Part shown: positions 17,251-26,596 of the stretch, piece after piece
Layout: the number at the start of each line of letters is the position of its first letter
Numbering within the stretch: position 1 is the stretch's first letter
Source of the DNA: Synechococcus elongatus PCC 6301
GTDB lineage: Bacteria; Cyanobacteriota; Cyanobacteriia; Synechococcales; Synechococcaceae
Direction of reading: 5' to 3'
Length of the DNA: 32,000 nt
NCBI RefSeq assembly: GCF_000010065.1
Contig: NC_006576.1
Location: 1,500,001 to 1,532,000, forward strand
The notes under the pieces: model-generated
The model's input: only the letters and a program-made list of their open reading frames with translations
Databases searched by the model: none
Told to the model about the DNA's origin: nothing
Made by a program: the position numbers and the translations under genes

Positions 17251-17614
17251 ATCGATGAGATCCCTTGCAGAGATCTTGCAGTCTTGCTCTGACGCCTTAT
17301 TCCCCGCTGAAATGGGGCGTAAGAAGGTTGACATTCACAGCACAGATTGTGATGGGGATACGCCACTTCATGTGATGGTGCGACGGGCTGACTTTGCTGC
17401 AGTTCTAGTGCTAATCGAGGCGGGTGCTAACGTAAATGCGATCGGGGATATGGGTGAAACACCGCTGCACATTGCGGTTCGACAAGAGTTAGAACCGATC
17501 GTGGAAGCCTTGCTGGAGGCTGGATCCAATCCAGATATCCGGTCTGAATTTGGTCAAACTCCCAGAGAGCAGGCTGCAAAGCTTAAAGGCACCATCAAGC
17601 AATTATTTAGGTAG
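17240..17614 (+). CDS. small ankyrin-repeat protein
   Basis: DGDTPLHVMVRRADFAAVLVLIEAGANVNAIGDMGETPLHIAVRQ...ALLEAGSNPDIRSEFGQTPREQA. Overlaps the end of the preceding gene. Confidence 0.85.
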   Translation: MLAKSMRSLAEILQSCSDALFPAEMGRKKVDIHSTDCDGDTPLHVMVRRADFAAVLVLIEAGANVNAIGDMGETPLHIAVRQELEPIVEALLEAGSNPDIRSEFGQTPREQAAKLKGTIKQLFR

Positions 17615-17644
17615 CTGCCAATCATCAAGGTATTCCTAGAGCAA

Positions 17645-18217
17645 CTACCAAATTTCGCGGAGATCCAGACTGAAACCAGTGAGGAGTGGATCGGCAGAAA
17701 TGATTTCTGGATTCTCAAGACATTCTGGATCTTGGGACGATCGCCATACTTCTACTTGTCGAAATGTCGGTAGAATCAGCCAGCCGAGCTGACAGCCATT
17801 TGCCAGATATTCTGCAAGTTTGCCACGCAGATCATCTGGGCGATCGCTCGCAGACGCCAGTTCAATTACAAAAGCCGGACAGCCTGGAAAGAACTCATCC
17901 AGGCCTCGTGTCACCGCCCGCGTTAACTGTTCCGGTGTCACCCAAGCAGCATCCGGCGAACGAATCGCACCATTCGGCAAGCGAAAACCCGTTGAAGAGT
18001 CAAAGATAGCGCCTTGTTTGGTTTGCCGGAACCACAGACCAAGCTGTGTGGCGATCGCCTGATTGCGACGGCCACTCTGCCAATGGGTAGGGCTCATTTC
18101 AATTAATTGTCCGTCAGCATCCAACTCAAAGCGGCAATCGGGATTGGCCCGACAAAGCTGCTCAAACTGATGCGGACTGAGGTGGAAGTTCCGAGGAATC
18201 GCAACCATGCTGGCCAC
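17645..18217 (-). CDS. Uma2-family (DUF820) endonuclease-like protein
   Basis: RFELDADGQLIEMSPTHWQSGRRNQAIATQL...GFRLPNGAIRSPDAAWV...FVIELASASDRPDDLRGKLAEYLANGCQLGWLILP pattern. Confidence 0.88.
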   Translation of the reverse strand: MASMVAIPRNFHLSPHQFEQLCRANPDCRFELDADGQLIEMSPTHWQSGRRNQAIATQLGLWFRQTKQGAIFDSSTGFRLPNGAIRSPDAAWVTPEQLTRAVTRGLDEFFPGCPAFVIELASASDRPDDLRGKLAEYLANGCQLGWLILPTFRQVEVWRSSQDPECLENPEIISADPLLTGFSLDLREIW

Positions 18218-18288
18218 TCAGACTCTGGCCTCTATTCTGTCTCAGCCCCCGTGCGATCGCAGCAAGGACTGAGACAACCCAACAGCAG

Positions 18289-19623
18289 CTAGGACTTCGC
18301 CAACTCTTTTTCGGCCGGATTAGTCATCGCTGCCGGGGCCGACATGCGGTGATGATTGACGATTAGGCGAGTGCCGCGTTTCTGGTTGAAGTAGGTCCAA
18401 GCCCACTGCACCATCACCAGCAATTTGCTGTCGAATTCAATCAAATACCAGACGTGGATAAAAGCCCAGACCAGCCATGCGGGGAAACCACTGAGGCGAA
18501 TACCTGCTAAGCGGGCAACCGCAGCGTTACGGCCAATCACTGCCATGCTGCCGAAGTCTTGGTAGCGGAAGGGATCAACGGGTTGACTCTTCAGCCGCCG
18601 CTTGAGTGCCTTACCGAGATAAGCCCCCTGCTGCATCGCGACTGCTGCCACACCGGGCAGTGGGTTGCCTGCTTGATCAGGGCAGTGGGCCAGGTCACCC
18701 AAGACGTAGACGTTGGGGTCAGTCGGCAGCTGCAAATCAGGCTGGACGATGACGCGACCAATGCGATCGAGTTCTGCACCGGTTCGTTGCGCTAGGAGCT
18801 TGCCCAAGGGTGACGCTTTGACGCCCGCAGCCCAAAGGGTCGTGCGGCTAGGGATCTCATGCAAGTCGTCGCCAGTCTTAAAGACGACGCGATCTTCTTG
18901 AATGTCGGTGACCATGGCTTTGGTTTGCACAGTCACGCCCAAGCCTTCTAGCTGTACTTGCGCTTGGGCTGACAGCTCTGGCGGGAAGGGTGGTAAGACC
19001 CGATCCATGCCTTCAATCAAAATGACCTTGGCTTTGGTGGTGTCGACATTGCGGAATTCTTTGCGCATTTCACCGCGGGTTAATTCCGCGATCGCGCCAG
19101 CTAGTTCAACGCCGGTGGGGCCTGCTCCCACGATCGTGAAGGTCAACCAAGCTTGCTGACGCTCTGGATCGCTCTCCTGCTCAGCTTGCTCGAGGGCAAA
19201 GTAAATCCGGCGGCGCATTTCCAGCGCATCTTCAACCGTTTTCAGCCCCGGAGCAAAGGGCTGCCATTGGTCGTTGCCAAAGTAGTGGTGGCTGGCACCC
19301 GTCGCCACAACCAAGTAGTCGTATTCGACAATTTCATCGCCAACGCGCACCCAATGGGCCTGCGGATCGATGTCAGTCACTTCACCGAGAATGACGCGGG
19401 TATTGGGGTTACGACCTACGATCGCCCGGAGCGGCGCAGGGATATCGCCCGGCGAAATTTCCCCTGTAGCCACTTGGTACAGCAAGGGTTGAAACAGGTG
19501 AAAGTTTCGTTTATCAATCAGGGTGAGCTCGACAGAGGTCTTGCCAAGATTGAGGGCGGTATACAGCCCTCCAAAACCGCCGCCAATGACGACGACACGC
19601 GGTTTGCTGACAGTCGAAATCAT
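18289..19623 (-). CDS. ndbB: type II NADH dehydrogenase (NDH-2)
   Basis: RVVVIGGGFGGLYTALNLG, VYVLGDLAHCPD and a C-terminal membrane-associated region. Start chosen at MISTVSKP rather than 19689. Confidence 0.88.
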   Translation of the reverse strand: MISTVSKPRVVVIGGGFGGLYTALNLGKTSVELTLIDKRNFHLFQPLLYQVATGEISPGDIPAPLRAIVGRNPNTRVILGEVTDIDPQAHWVRVGDEIVEYDYLVVATGASHHYFGNDQWQPFAPGLKTVEDALEMRRRIYFALEQAEQESDPERQQAWLTFTIVGAGPTGVELAGAIAELTRGEMRKEFRNVDTTKAKVILIEGMDRVLPPFPPELSAQAQVQLEGLGVTVQTKAMVTDIQEDRVVFKTGDDLHEIPSRTTLWAAGVKASPLGKLLAQRTGAELDRIGRVIVQPDLQLPTDPNVYVLGDLAHCPDQAGNPLPGVAAVAMQQGAYLGKALKRRLKSQPVDPFRYQDFGSMAVIGRNAAVARLAGIRLSGFPAWLVWAFIHVWYLIEFDSKLLVMVQWAWTYFNQKRGTRLIVNHHRMSAPAAMTNPAEKELAKS

Positions 19624-19799
19624 GGGCGCTAGGAGTGAAATCTCTGTAGTGTGAGCGATCGCAGCGGCTGAAATGGTGGCTTGCGGCACCCTTTGACGCA
19701 GTAGGTCAAGAATTGTAAGGCACGACCGTAGCCTAAGTCACATTACTCATCATAGCGTGGCACTCTAAGGCCGCTTTTACACTGAATGATTTTGTGATT

Positions 19800-20354
19800 A
19801 TGACTATCGACACACAAACTGCTTTAGAACCGCTCTTAAAAGACATTGCTCAGCAACTAGGCGCGATCGCCCAAGCCCTGCGACCGGCGGATGAATCCTT
19901 GGGCTTTGGCCCCAGCCCCGGACGCCAGTACATCTATGTCAACCGTAGCCAAGGCTGTAATTGGTATCGCCTCGATGCCGAGGGTCATCCAATCGCAATC
20001 GAGGCACCAGCACTTACCGGCTATATCGTCGGTCTTGAAATTCGGGAGCTGCAGCGGCGCGGCAAAGCCGTTCCCAAGCTGCATTTGCACATCAAAGCCG
20101 ATCGCCATTACGTGCTGGAATCCGGTGCGCAATCGGTGTTCAGTAAGTCCTTACTGGTGGCGATCGCCCAACTCCAACCGGCACAACTACGGCAGCCAAT
20201 TACCCTGGAGCCCCAAGCGGCTGAGGGCAACGAAGCGGAGTTTGCCCGCCTTTACATCAACGGTGAGTACGTGCATGCCCCTTGGGATGACAACAGTGAC
20301 TTTCCGCATCTGACCCAGCAGGCGATCGCCGTCGTCCAAGCCGCCCAGAACTAG
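19800..20354 (+). CDS. conserved hypothetical protein
   Basis: 186-aa intact ORF with normal codon usage for the window. No family recognised with certainty. The exact start among MIMTIDT is uncertain. Confidence 0.6.
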   Translation: MTIDTQTALEPLLKDIAQQLGAIAQALRPADESLGFGPSPGRQYIYVNRSQGCNWYRLDAEGHPIAIEAPALTGYIVGLEIRELQRRGKAVPKLHLHIKADRHYVLESGAQSVFSKSLLVAIAQLQPAQLRQPITLEPQAAEGNEAEFARLYINGEYVHAPWDDNSDFPHLTQQAIAVVQAAQN

Positions 20355-20680
20355 CGGTTGTCGCCGTCGCCCTGCAAGACGCCCCGCTGTTGGCGCGATC
20401 GCAGTTTTTCCAAATTGGCTGACGCGATCGCGTCCATCTCGAGTCCCAGTTCCGTCGCCAGTTGCGCCACGTACCAGAGCACATCGCCCAATTCCTTGGC
20501 GATCGCCGCTTGGGTTTCGGCATCGATCTGGCCATGGCGATCGCGAATCACCTTTTTAATTTTCTCGGCCACTTCGCCCGCTTCACCGCACAAGCCTAAG
20601 GTGGGATAGAGAAAGTTACGACCGGCCTGGGGGTAGCAGGCGGTTTGGCGCGACTGTCGCTGGTAGTCCTGAAAATCCAC
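20351..20680 (-). CDS. MazG-like nucleotide pyrophosphohydrolase
   Basis: GLCGEAGEVAEKIKKVIRD...IAKELGDVLWYVAQLA (ExxE...ExxD motif). Confidence 0.88.
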   Translation of the reverse strand: MDFQDYQRQSRQTACYPQAGRNFLYPTLGLCGEAGEVAEKIKKVIRDRHGQIDAETQAAIAKELGDVLWYVAQLATELGLEMDAIASANLEKLRSRQQRGVLQGDGDNR

Positions 20681-20795
20681 CGTTGAGTTTCCTCTGCATC
20701 AAAACAGCAATAAGACGGGTCCCTGTTGGTACTATCTTCCGTGAGTCCTGGTCTCTCTTTTCCACGGCTATCCGCCCCATTCGCCTCTGCTGTCG

Positions 20796-22580
20796 ATGCA
20801 ACCCAACGACTTTCAGCGCCGCACTAAAATTGTCGCCACGATTGGCCCTGCAACGTCCAAGCCCGAGGTGCTACGGGCGTTGATCGAAGCTGGCGCATCG
20901 ACATTACGGCTCAATTTCTCCCACGGAACCCACGACGATCATCAGCGCAGCATTCGCCTGATCCGTCAGATCTCCTTCGAGCTCAATCGTCCCGTTGGCA
21001 TTCTGCAAGACTTGCAGGGACCGAAAATCCGCCTCGGTCGTTTTGCCGATGGCCCAATTACAGTCCAAAAGGGTGACTCCTTCATCCTGACCAGCCGCAG
21101 TGTACCGGGCTCGCAAACAATCAGCTCGGTCACCTATGAACCGCTGGCCGATGAAGTGCCGGAAGGCGCAACGATTCTGCTTGATGATGGCCGCGTCGAA
21201 ATGACGGTGGTCAAGGTCGATCGCCAAACTCGTGAGCTGCACTGCGAAGTCGTGGTGGGTGGCATCCTCTCGAATAACAAAGGGGTCAACTTCCCCGGCG
21301 TCTATCTGTCTGTCAAAGCCCTGACGGATAAAGACCGCGAAGACCTGATCTTTGGTCTGGATCAAGGGGTGGACTGGGTCGCCCTCAGCTTTGTCCGCAA
21401 CCCGCAGGATGTTCTCGAAATCAAAGAACTGATCTCTCGGGCTGGGAAGTCAGTGCCCGTGATCGCCAAGATTGAGAAGCACGAAGCGATCGAGCAGATG
21501 GAAGCCGTGCTCTCGCTCTGTGATGGCGTGATGGTGGCGCGGGGTGACCTCGGCGTTGAGCTGCCAGCAGAAGAAGTGCCGATTCTGCAAAAACGACTGA
21601 TTCGCACCGCCAATCGTCTCGGCATTCCGGTGATTACCGCGACCCAAATGCTGGACAGCATGGTCAGCAATCCGCGGCCGACCCGGGCTGAGATTTCGGA
21701 CGTCGCTAACGCCATTCTGGATGGCACCGACGCGGTGATGCTCTCCAACGAAACAGCCGTCGGTAAGTTTCCGATTGAAGCCGTTTCAACCATGGCCACG
21801 ATCGCCCATCGGATCGAAGCTGAGCAGCAATACATCACCCTCAACCCGACGCCGACTAGCTCGATTCCCAATGCGATCAGCCAAGCGGTGGGTCATATCG
21901 CCGAGCAATTAGATGCGGCCGCAATTATGACCCTGACCCAAAGCGGCGCGACAGCCCGCAACGTCTCCAAATTCCGCCCGACCACGCCGATTTTGGCGGT
22001 TACGCCCAACATTGATGTAGCGCGTCAGCTGCAACTGGTTTGGGGCGTGCAGCCGCTTCTGGTCGTTGATTTGCCTTCGACGAGCCAAACCTTCCGCGCT
22101 GCCCTCAACGTCGCCCAAGAGCGCACTTTGCTCAAAGAAGGCGATCTGGTAGTGATGACAGCCGGCACCCTGCCGGGCGTTTCCGGTTCCACTGACTTGG
22201 TCAAGGTCGAAATCGTCACGGCAGTGATTGCTCGGGGGATTGGCGTTGGACAGGGTAGTGTCAGTGGCAAGGCTCGCGTCATCCACAATGCAGCGGAAGC
22301 GGCGACCTTGGCCCAAGGTGAAATTCTGATTGCCACCCAGACCTCAGCGGACTACATCGAAGCGATTCGCAAAGCCAGCGGCATTGTCACGGAAGAGGAA
22401 GGCTTGACCAGCCATGCCGCCGTGATTGGCCTGCGCCTCGGTATTCCCGTGATTGTTGGCGTCAAGAACGCCACTAGCGTCGTGCGTGACGGTTCAATCC
22501 TGACGCTGGATGTGAAGCGCGGGCTACTCTACTCCGGTGCCGTTGGGGCTGTTGCTGCCGAGCAGCCGATTTCCGTCTAA
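20796..22580 (+). CDS. pyk: pyruvate kinase (long form with C-terminal PEP-utilizer-type extension)
   Basis: TKIVATIGPATSKPEVLRALIEAGASTLRLNFSHG and MVARGDLGVELPAEEVPILQK. Extra C-terminal GEILIATQTSADYIEAIRKASGIVTEEEGLTSHAAVIG domain. Confidence 0.97.
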   Translation: MQPNDFQRRTKIVATIGPATSKPEVLRALIEAGASTLRLNFSHGTHDDHQRSIRLIRQISFELNRPVGILQDLQGPKIRLGRFADGPITVQKGDSFILTSRSVPGSQTISSVTYEPLADEVPEGATILLDDGRVEMTVVKVDRQTRELHCEVVVGGILSNNKGVNFPGVYLSVKALTDKDREDLIFGLDQGVDWVALSFVRNPQDVLEIKELISRAGKSVPVIAKIEKHEAIEQMEAVLSLCDGVMVARGDLGVELPAEEVPILQKRLIRTANRLGIPVITATQMLDSMVSNPRPTRAEISDVANAILDGTDAVMLSNETAVGKFPIEAVSTMATIAHRIEAEQQYITLNPTPTSSIPNAISQAVGHIAEQLDAAAIMTLTQSGATARNVSKFRPTTPILAVTPNIDVARQLQLVWGVQPLLVVDLPSTSQTFRAALNVAQERTLLKEGDLVVMTAGTLPGVSGSTDLVKVEIVTAVIARGIGVGQGSVSGKARVIHNAAEAATLAQGEILIATQTSADYIEAIRKASGIVTEEEGLTSHAAVIGLRLGIPVIVGVKNATSVVRDGSILTLDVKRGLLYSGAVGAVAAEQPISV

Positions 22581-22594
22581 GCCAGCACCCGTCG

Positions 22595-22608
22595 GAGGCG
22601 ATCGCCTC
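22595..22608. terminator. extended HIP1 palindrome GAGGCGATCGCCTC after the pyk stop codon, candidate hairpin
   Basis: 5-bp stem GAGGC/GCCTC with GATC loop, 15 nt after TAA, followed by TTCATTCATTCT. The T tract is weak. Confidence 0.3.
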
Positions 22609-22715
22609 TTCATTCATTCTGAAAAGCGGAGCAATACCGGTTGACCTCTGGGCTGACCGGCAACAGCTTGATAGTCAACTGCTGTATAACGCAGAAGACC
22701 CACCCGAGAATCTGA

Positions 22716-25700
22716 ATGCACCGACTCGCGGCCATCCCCGGCGGTTGGACACCAGCCACCGAGGGCGTGATCTTCGTGGAACAGTCGCCTGCCCCGATTG
22801 TTTTTCTGACGGCGGCCGACACGGATGTCAGCGCGATCGCCCAAGCTCGGGCTTTTTTGCCCGCTGACTTTCCCGCTGTGCGCGTGGTCAATCTGCTGCA
22901 GTTACAGCAGCAACTGTCGATTGATACCTACGCCGAGTCGGTGCTGGCACAGGCGCAGGTTATCCTGCTGCGGTTGCTGGGAGGCCGCTCCTACTGGTCT
23001 TACGGCTTAGAGGTTGTGCGCGAGACGGTTGAGCGCAGTGGGGCCACACTGATTGTCTTGCCGGGCGACAATCAGCCAGATTTAGACTTGATGAGCCAGT
23101 CGGCCTTACCCTTGGCTGAGGTGCAGCAAGGCTGGCAATACTTTCTCGAAGGCGGTGTTGCCAATCTGGCCAATGCCCTGCGATGGGCAGCCCACCAAGG
23201 TGTATCCCCAAGGTTTAGTTATGAAGCACCGCAACGAATTCCAGCGGTAGGTCGCTATCCCTTCCTGACAGCACTAGACTATGCAACCACACCGCAGGTC
23301 GGCATTCTTTTCTATCGTGCTCACTATCTAGCAGGGAATCTGGCGGCGATTGATGCACTTTGCCAAGCCTTGTGCGATCGCAGTCTCTATCCAGTGCCGC
23401 TCTTTGTGACATCCCTGCGTGATGCGGAGATCCAAGCGGAGATAGTTGACTACTTCAAATATCAGCCTGAATCCGAGATTCAAGTCCTGATCAACACCAC
23501 CAGTTTTTCAGTTTTGCAACCGCTAGCACTGCAGCGGGAAGCGATCGCAGAAGCAGAACCCTCGCAGCTTTGGCAGTTGCTTAATGTACCAGTCTTACAA
23601 GTCATCCTCAGCGGCGGTAGCCTCGAGAGTTGGCAACAGGATTGGCGAGGTTTATCACCACGAGATGTGGCGATGAATGTCGCCTTGCCAGAAGTCGATG
23701 GCCGGATCATTACCCGGGCAATTTCCTTCAAAGCGACTCAAGGCTGGAATCCAGCCTTAGAAACCGATGTTTTGGGCTATCAGCCCTTGCCCGATCGCAT
23801 TCAGTTCGTAGCGGATTTAGCAGCGAATTGGGTGAAGTTACGAACAAAACCAACCTGCGACCGCAAAGTAGCACTGATCCTTGCGAACTATCCAACTCGC
23901 AATGGTCGTATTGCTAATGGCGTTGGTTTAGATACCCCTGCAAGCTGTCTAGAAATCCTTAAAGCTTTGCGACAGGAAGGGTATTATCTCAGCGATCTTC
24001 CCGAGGATGTCGATCAACTCATTCAGCAACTCACTACAGGTATTACCAATGATCCTGAAACCCAAGGGCTGAATCCCATTTATCAGTGCTTGAGCCACGA
24101 GCACTATTCTGCTTGGTTCCAGACGCTACCCAAAACTGTTCAGTCTGCAATTCAAACTCGCTGGGGTCAGCCTGAATCCAATTTTGCGATCGCGGGGATT
24201 CAGTTTGGGAATGTCTTCATTGGAATTCAACCAGCTCGGGGCTACGATCGCGATCCAGCCTTGAACTATCACGCACCCGATCTTGAGCCGACTCATGACT
24301 ATTTAGCCTTTTATGAGTGGCTGCGATCGGATTTTGGGGCTGATGCGATTGTCCATGTCGGCAAGCATGGCAACCTAGAATGGCTACCGGGCAAAAGTCT
24401 GGCACTTTCTGAGCAGTGCTATCCCGAAATTGCTCTTGGTCCGCTGCCCCATTTCTATCCCTTTATTGTCAACGATCCCGGTGAGGGTTCTCAAGCAAAA
24501 CGGCGATCGCAGGCAGTTATTCTCGATCACCTGACGCCTCCGATGACACGAGCTGAACTCTATGGCGGGCTGCAAAAGCTAGAGAGTCTAATTGATGAAT
24601 ATTACGATGCTCAAACGCTTGACCCCAAGCGACTACCTGCAATTCGCGATCGCATTAGCCAACTGATTCAACAAGATCATCTCAGTGCTGAAATTCAGGG
24701 TTTGACGCCAGATCAAGATCCTCGGCAACTCGATCCCGATCAACTGGCTGCCTTGATTACTAATGCCGATCGCTATCTCTGTGAACTGAAAGAGTCACAA
24801 ATTCGCGATGGTCTCCATATCTTTGGCAGTTGCCCCCAAGGTCGACAGCTGCGCGATCTGATCATTTCCATTGCTCGCCATCCCACAGCCGGTCGCCAAG
24901 GTTTAACCCGCGCGATCGCTCAAGCCTACGGATTGGAATTTGATCCTCTGACAGCAGATCTAGCTAGTCTATTGACGCCCAACCTGCAAGTACAGTCCCA
25001 CTGCTGCAGAACAGTAGGCGAAGCAGTTGAGCAACTAGAGGCGATCGCGGCGGATGCAATTGATCAGTTACTACAAGGGCAGGCAATCACGACCGTTACT
25101 GACTCAATTGAGCTACAGGCAGAACTCGATTGGATTGAACAATCGCTGTTGCCCAACCTCCGGCAAACCGATCAGGAAATGACAGCATTGCTGCGCGGTC
25201 TGGCCGGTCACTATATTCCTGCTGGCCCTTCGGGTGCCCCAACTCGTGGCCGACCTGAAGTTTTACCAACGGGTCGCAATTTCTACGCCGTCGATATTCG
25301 ATCGCTGCCAACAGAAAGTGCTTGGGATGTGGGACGCAAAGCAGCCGATCGCTTGATCGAGGCCTACACCCAAGAGCAGGGCGAATATCCGCAGACACTG
25401 GCTCTGTCGTTGTGGGGAACCGCCACGATGCGCACCGGCGGTGATGATCTGGCCGAAGCAATGGCGCTGATTGGCGTGCAGCCGGTTTGGGAGGGCAGTT
25501 CGCGGCGGGTGATTGATTTTGAAATCCTGCCGCTATCACTATTGCAACGCCCGAGAGTCGATGTCACTTTGCGAATTTCCGGCTTCTTTCGAGATGCATT
25601 TCCCAATCTGATTGACTTGTTTGACCAAGCAATCGCAGCAGTTGCCGATTCAGACGAGCCTGAAGATTGGAATCCGATCGCTGCCAAAGTTCGTCAAGAA

Positions 25701-26507
25701 ACTAAGAGTTGGCAACAGCAAGGATTGACGCTCGAGCAAGCCCAACGGCGATCGCGTTATCGGGTCTTCGGTTCCAAGCCCGGTGCCTACGGCGCGGGTT
25801 TGCAGGGGTTAATTGAATCGCAGAATTGGGACTCTGCCGATGATTTGGGGCGGGCCTATCTCAATTGGAGTAGCTATGCTTACAGCGGACAAGGCATTGG
25901 TCAGCCTGAGCCCGAAGCATTTACGCAACGACTCCAACAGCTACAAATTGTGCTCCAGAATCAGGACAATCGCGAGCACGACCTACTTGATTCCGATGAC
26001 TATTATCAGTTTCAAGGTGGGCTAGCAGCAGCGACAGCCTTGATTCAAGGGCAGCAACCCCAGCTCTACTTTGGGGATCATTCCTGTATGGATAATCCCA
26101 GGGTGCGATCGCTACAACAAGAAATAGCGAGGGTTTATCGTTCCCGCGTCATCAATCCCAAATGGATTGAAGGGGCAATGCGCCATGGTTATAAAGGCGC
26201 ATTTGAAATGGCTGCAACGCTCGACTTTTTGTTTGCCTATGATGCAACAACGGCAATTGTTCCCGACTATATGTATCAGGGAGTTGCTGAGACTTATTTA
26301 CTTGATCCCAAAATTCAAGCCTTCATTCAAACCCACAATCCTTTGGCCTTGCGAGATATGGCTGATCGCCTCCTAAAAGCTCATCAGCGAGATCTCTGGC
26401 AACAGGTCAGTCCGGCACTCCTTGATCAACTGCGATCGCTTTCCCTTGAAGCAGAAGCTGATATTGAAGGTCGACTAGGAAGTATTCCAGATAACAAGTT
26501 GCGCTAG
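22716..26507 (+). CDS. cobN: cobaltochelatase subunit CobN
   Basis: 1263 aa. MHRLAAIPGGWTPATEGVIFVEQSPAPIVFLTAADTD, VHVGKHGNLEWLPGKSLALS and PGEGSQAKRRSQAVILDHLTPPMTRAELYG match the CobN/ChlH superfamily, CobN subtype. Confidence 0.93.
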   Translation: MHRLAAIPGGWTPATEGVIFVEQSPAPIVFLTAADTDVSAIAQARAFLPADFPAVRVVNLLQLQQQLSIDTYAESVLAQAQVILLRLLGGRSYWSYGLEVVRETVERSGATLIVLPGDNQPDLDLMSQSALPLAEVQQGWQYFLEGGVANLANALRWAAHQGVSPRFSYEAPQRIPAVGRYPFLTALDYATTPQVGILFYRAHYLAGNLAAIDALCQALCDRSLYPVPLFVTSLRDAEIQAEIVDYFKYQPESEIQVLINTTSFSVLQPLALQREAIAEAEPSQLWQLLNVPVLQVILSGGSLESWQQDWRGLSPRDVAMNVALPEVDGRIITRAISFKATQGWNPALETDVLGYQPLPDRIQFVADLAANWVKLRTKPTCDRKVALILANYPTRNGRIANGVGLDTPASCLEILKALRQEGYYLSDLPEDVDQLIQQLTTGITNDPETQGLNPIYQCLSHEHYSAWFQTLPKTVQSAIQTRWGQPESNFAIAGIQFGNVFIGIQPARGYDRDPALNYHAPDLEPTHDYLAFYEWLRSDFGADAIVHVGKHGNLEWLPGKSLALSEQCYPEIALGPLPHFYPFIVNDPGEGSQAKRRSQAVILDHLTPPMTRAELYGGLQKLESLIDEYYDAQTLDPKRLPAIRDRISQLIQQDHLSAEIQGLTPDQDPRQLDPDQLAALITNADRYLCELKESQIRDGLHIFGSCPQGRQLRDLIISIARHPTAGRQGLTRAIAQAYGLEFDPLTADLASLLTPNLQVQSHCCRTVGEAVEQLEAIAADAIDQLLQGQAITTVTDSIELQAELDWIEQSLLPNLRQTDQEMTALLRGLAGHYIPAGPSGAPTRGRPEVLPTGRNFYAVDIRSLPTESAWDVGRKAADRLIEAYTQEQGEYPQTLALSLWGTATMRTGGDDLAEAMALIGVQPVWEGSSRRVIDFEILPLSLLQRPRVDVTLRISGFFRDAFPNLIDLFDQAIAAVADSDEPEDWNPIAAKVRQETKSWQQQGLTLEQAQRRSRYRVFGSKPGAYGAGLQGLIESQNWDSADDLGRAYLNWSSYAYSGQGIGQPEPEAFTQRLQQLQIVLQNQDNREHDLLDSDDYYQFQGGLAAATALIQGQQPQLYFGDHSCMDNPRVRSLQQEIARVYRSRVINPKWIEGAMRHGYKGAFEMAATLDFLFAYDATTAIVPDYMYQGVAETYLLDPKIQAFIQTHNPLALRDMADRLLKAHQRDLWQQVSPALLDQLRSLSLEAEADIEGRLGSIPDNKLR

Positions 26508-26596
26508 TTGGACTTTATTACAAGCAGTTGCAATCTTCGGACGATTCTGCTGTCGCTGGTTACCGTAGAACTATTCCTAATGCTTGCTCAATCCCT

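Noticed and set aside
19153-19632. 159-aa plus-strand ORF opposite NDH-2
   Set aside because: Shadow ORF, no independent support.
22716-26507. ChlH (Mg-chelatase H) identity
   Set aside because: The N-terminal PGGWTPATEGVIFVEQSPAPIVFLTAADTD pattern is typical of the CobN-type subunit.
26528-26596. N-terminal extension of the DUF1269-type protein
   Set aside because: TTG start with non-conserved-looking leader; ATG at 26597 begins the recognisable domain.
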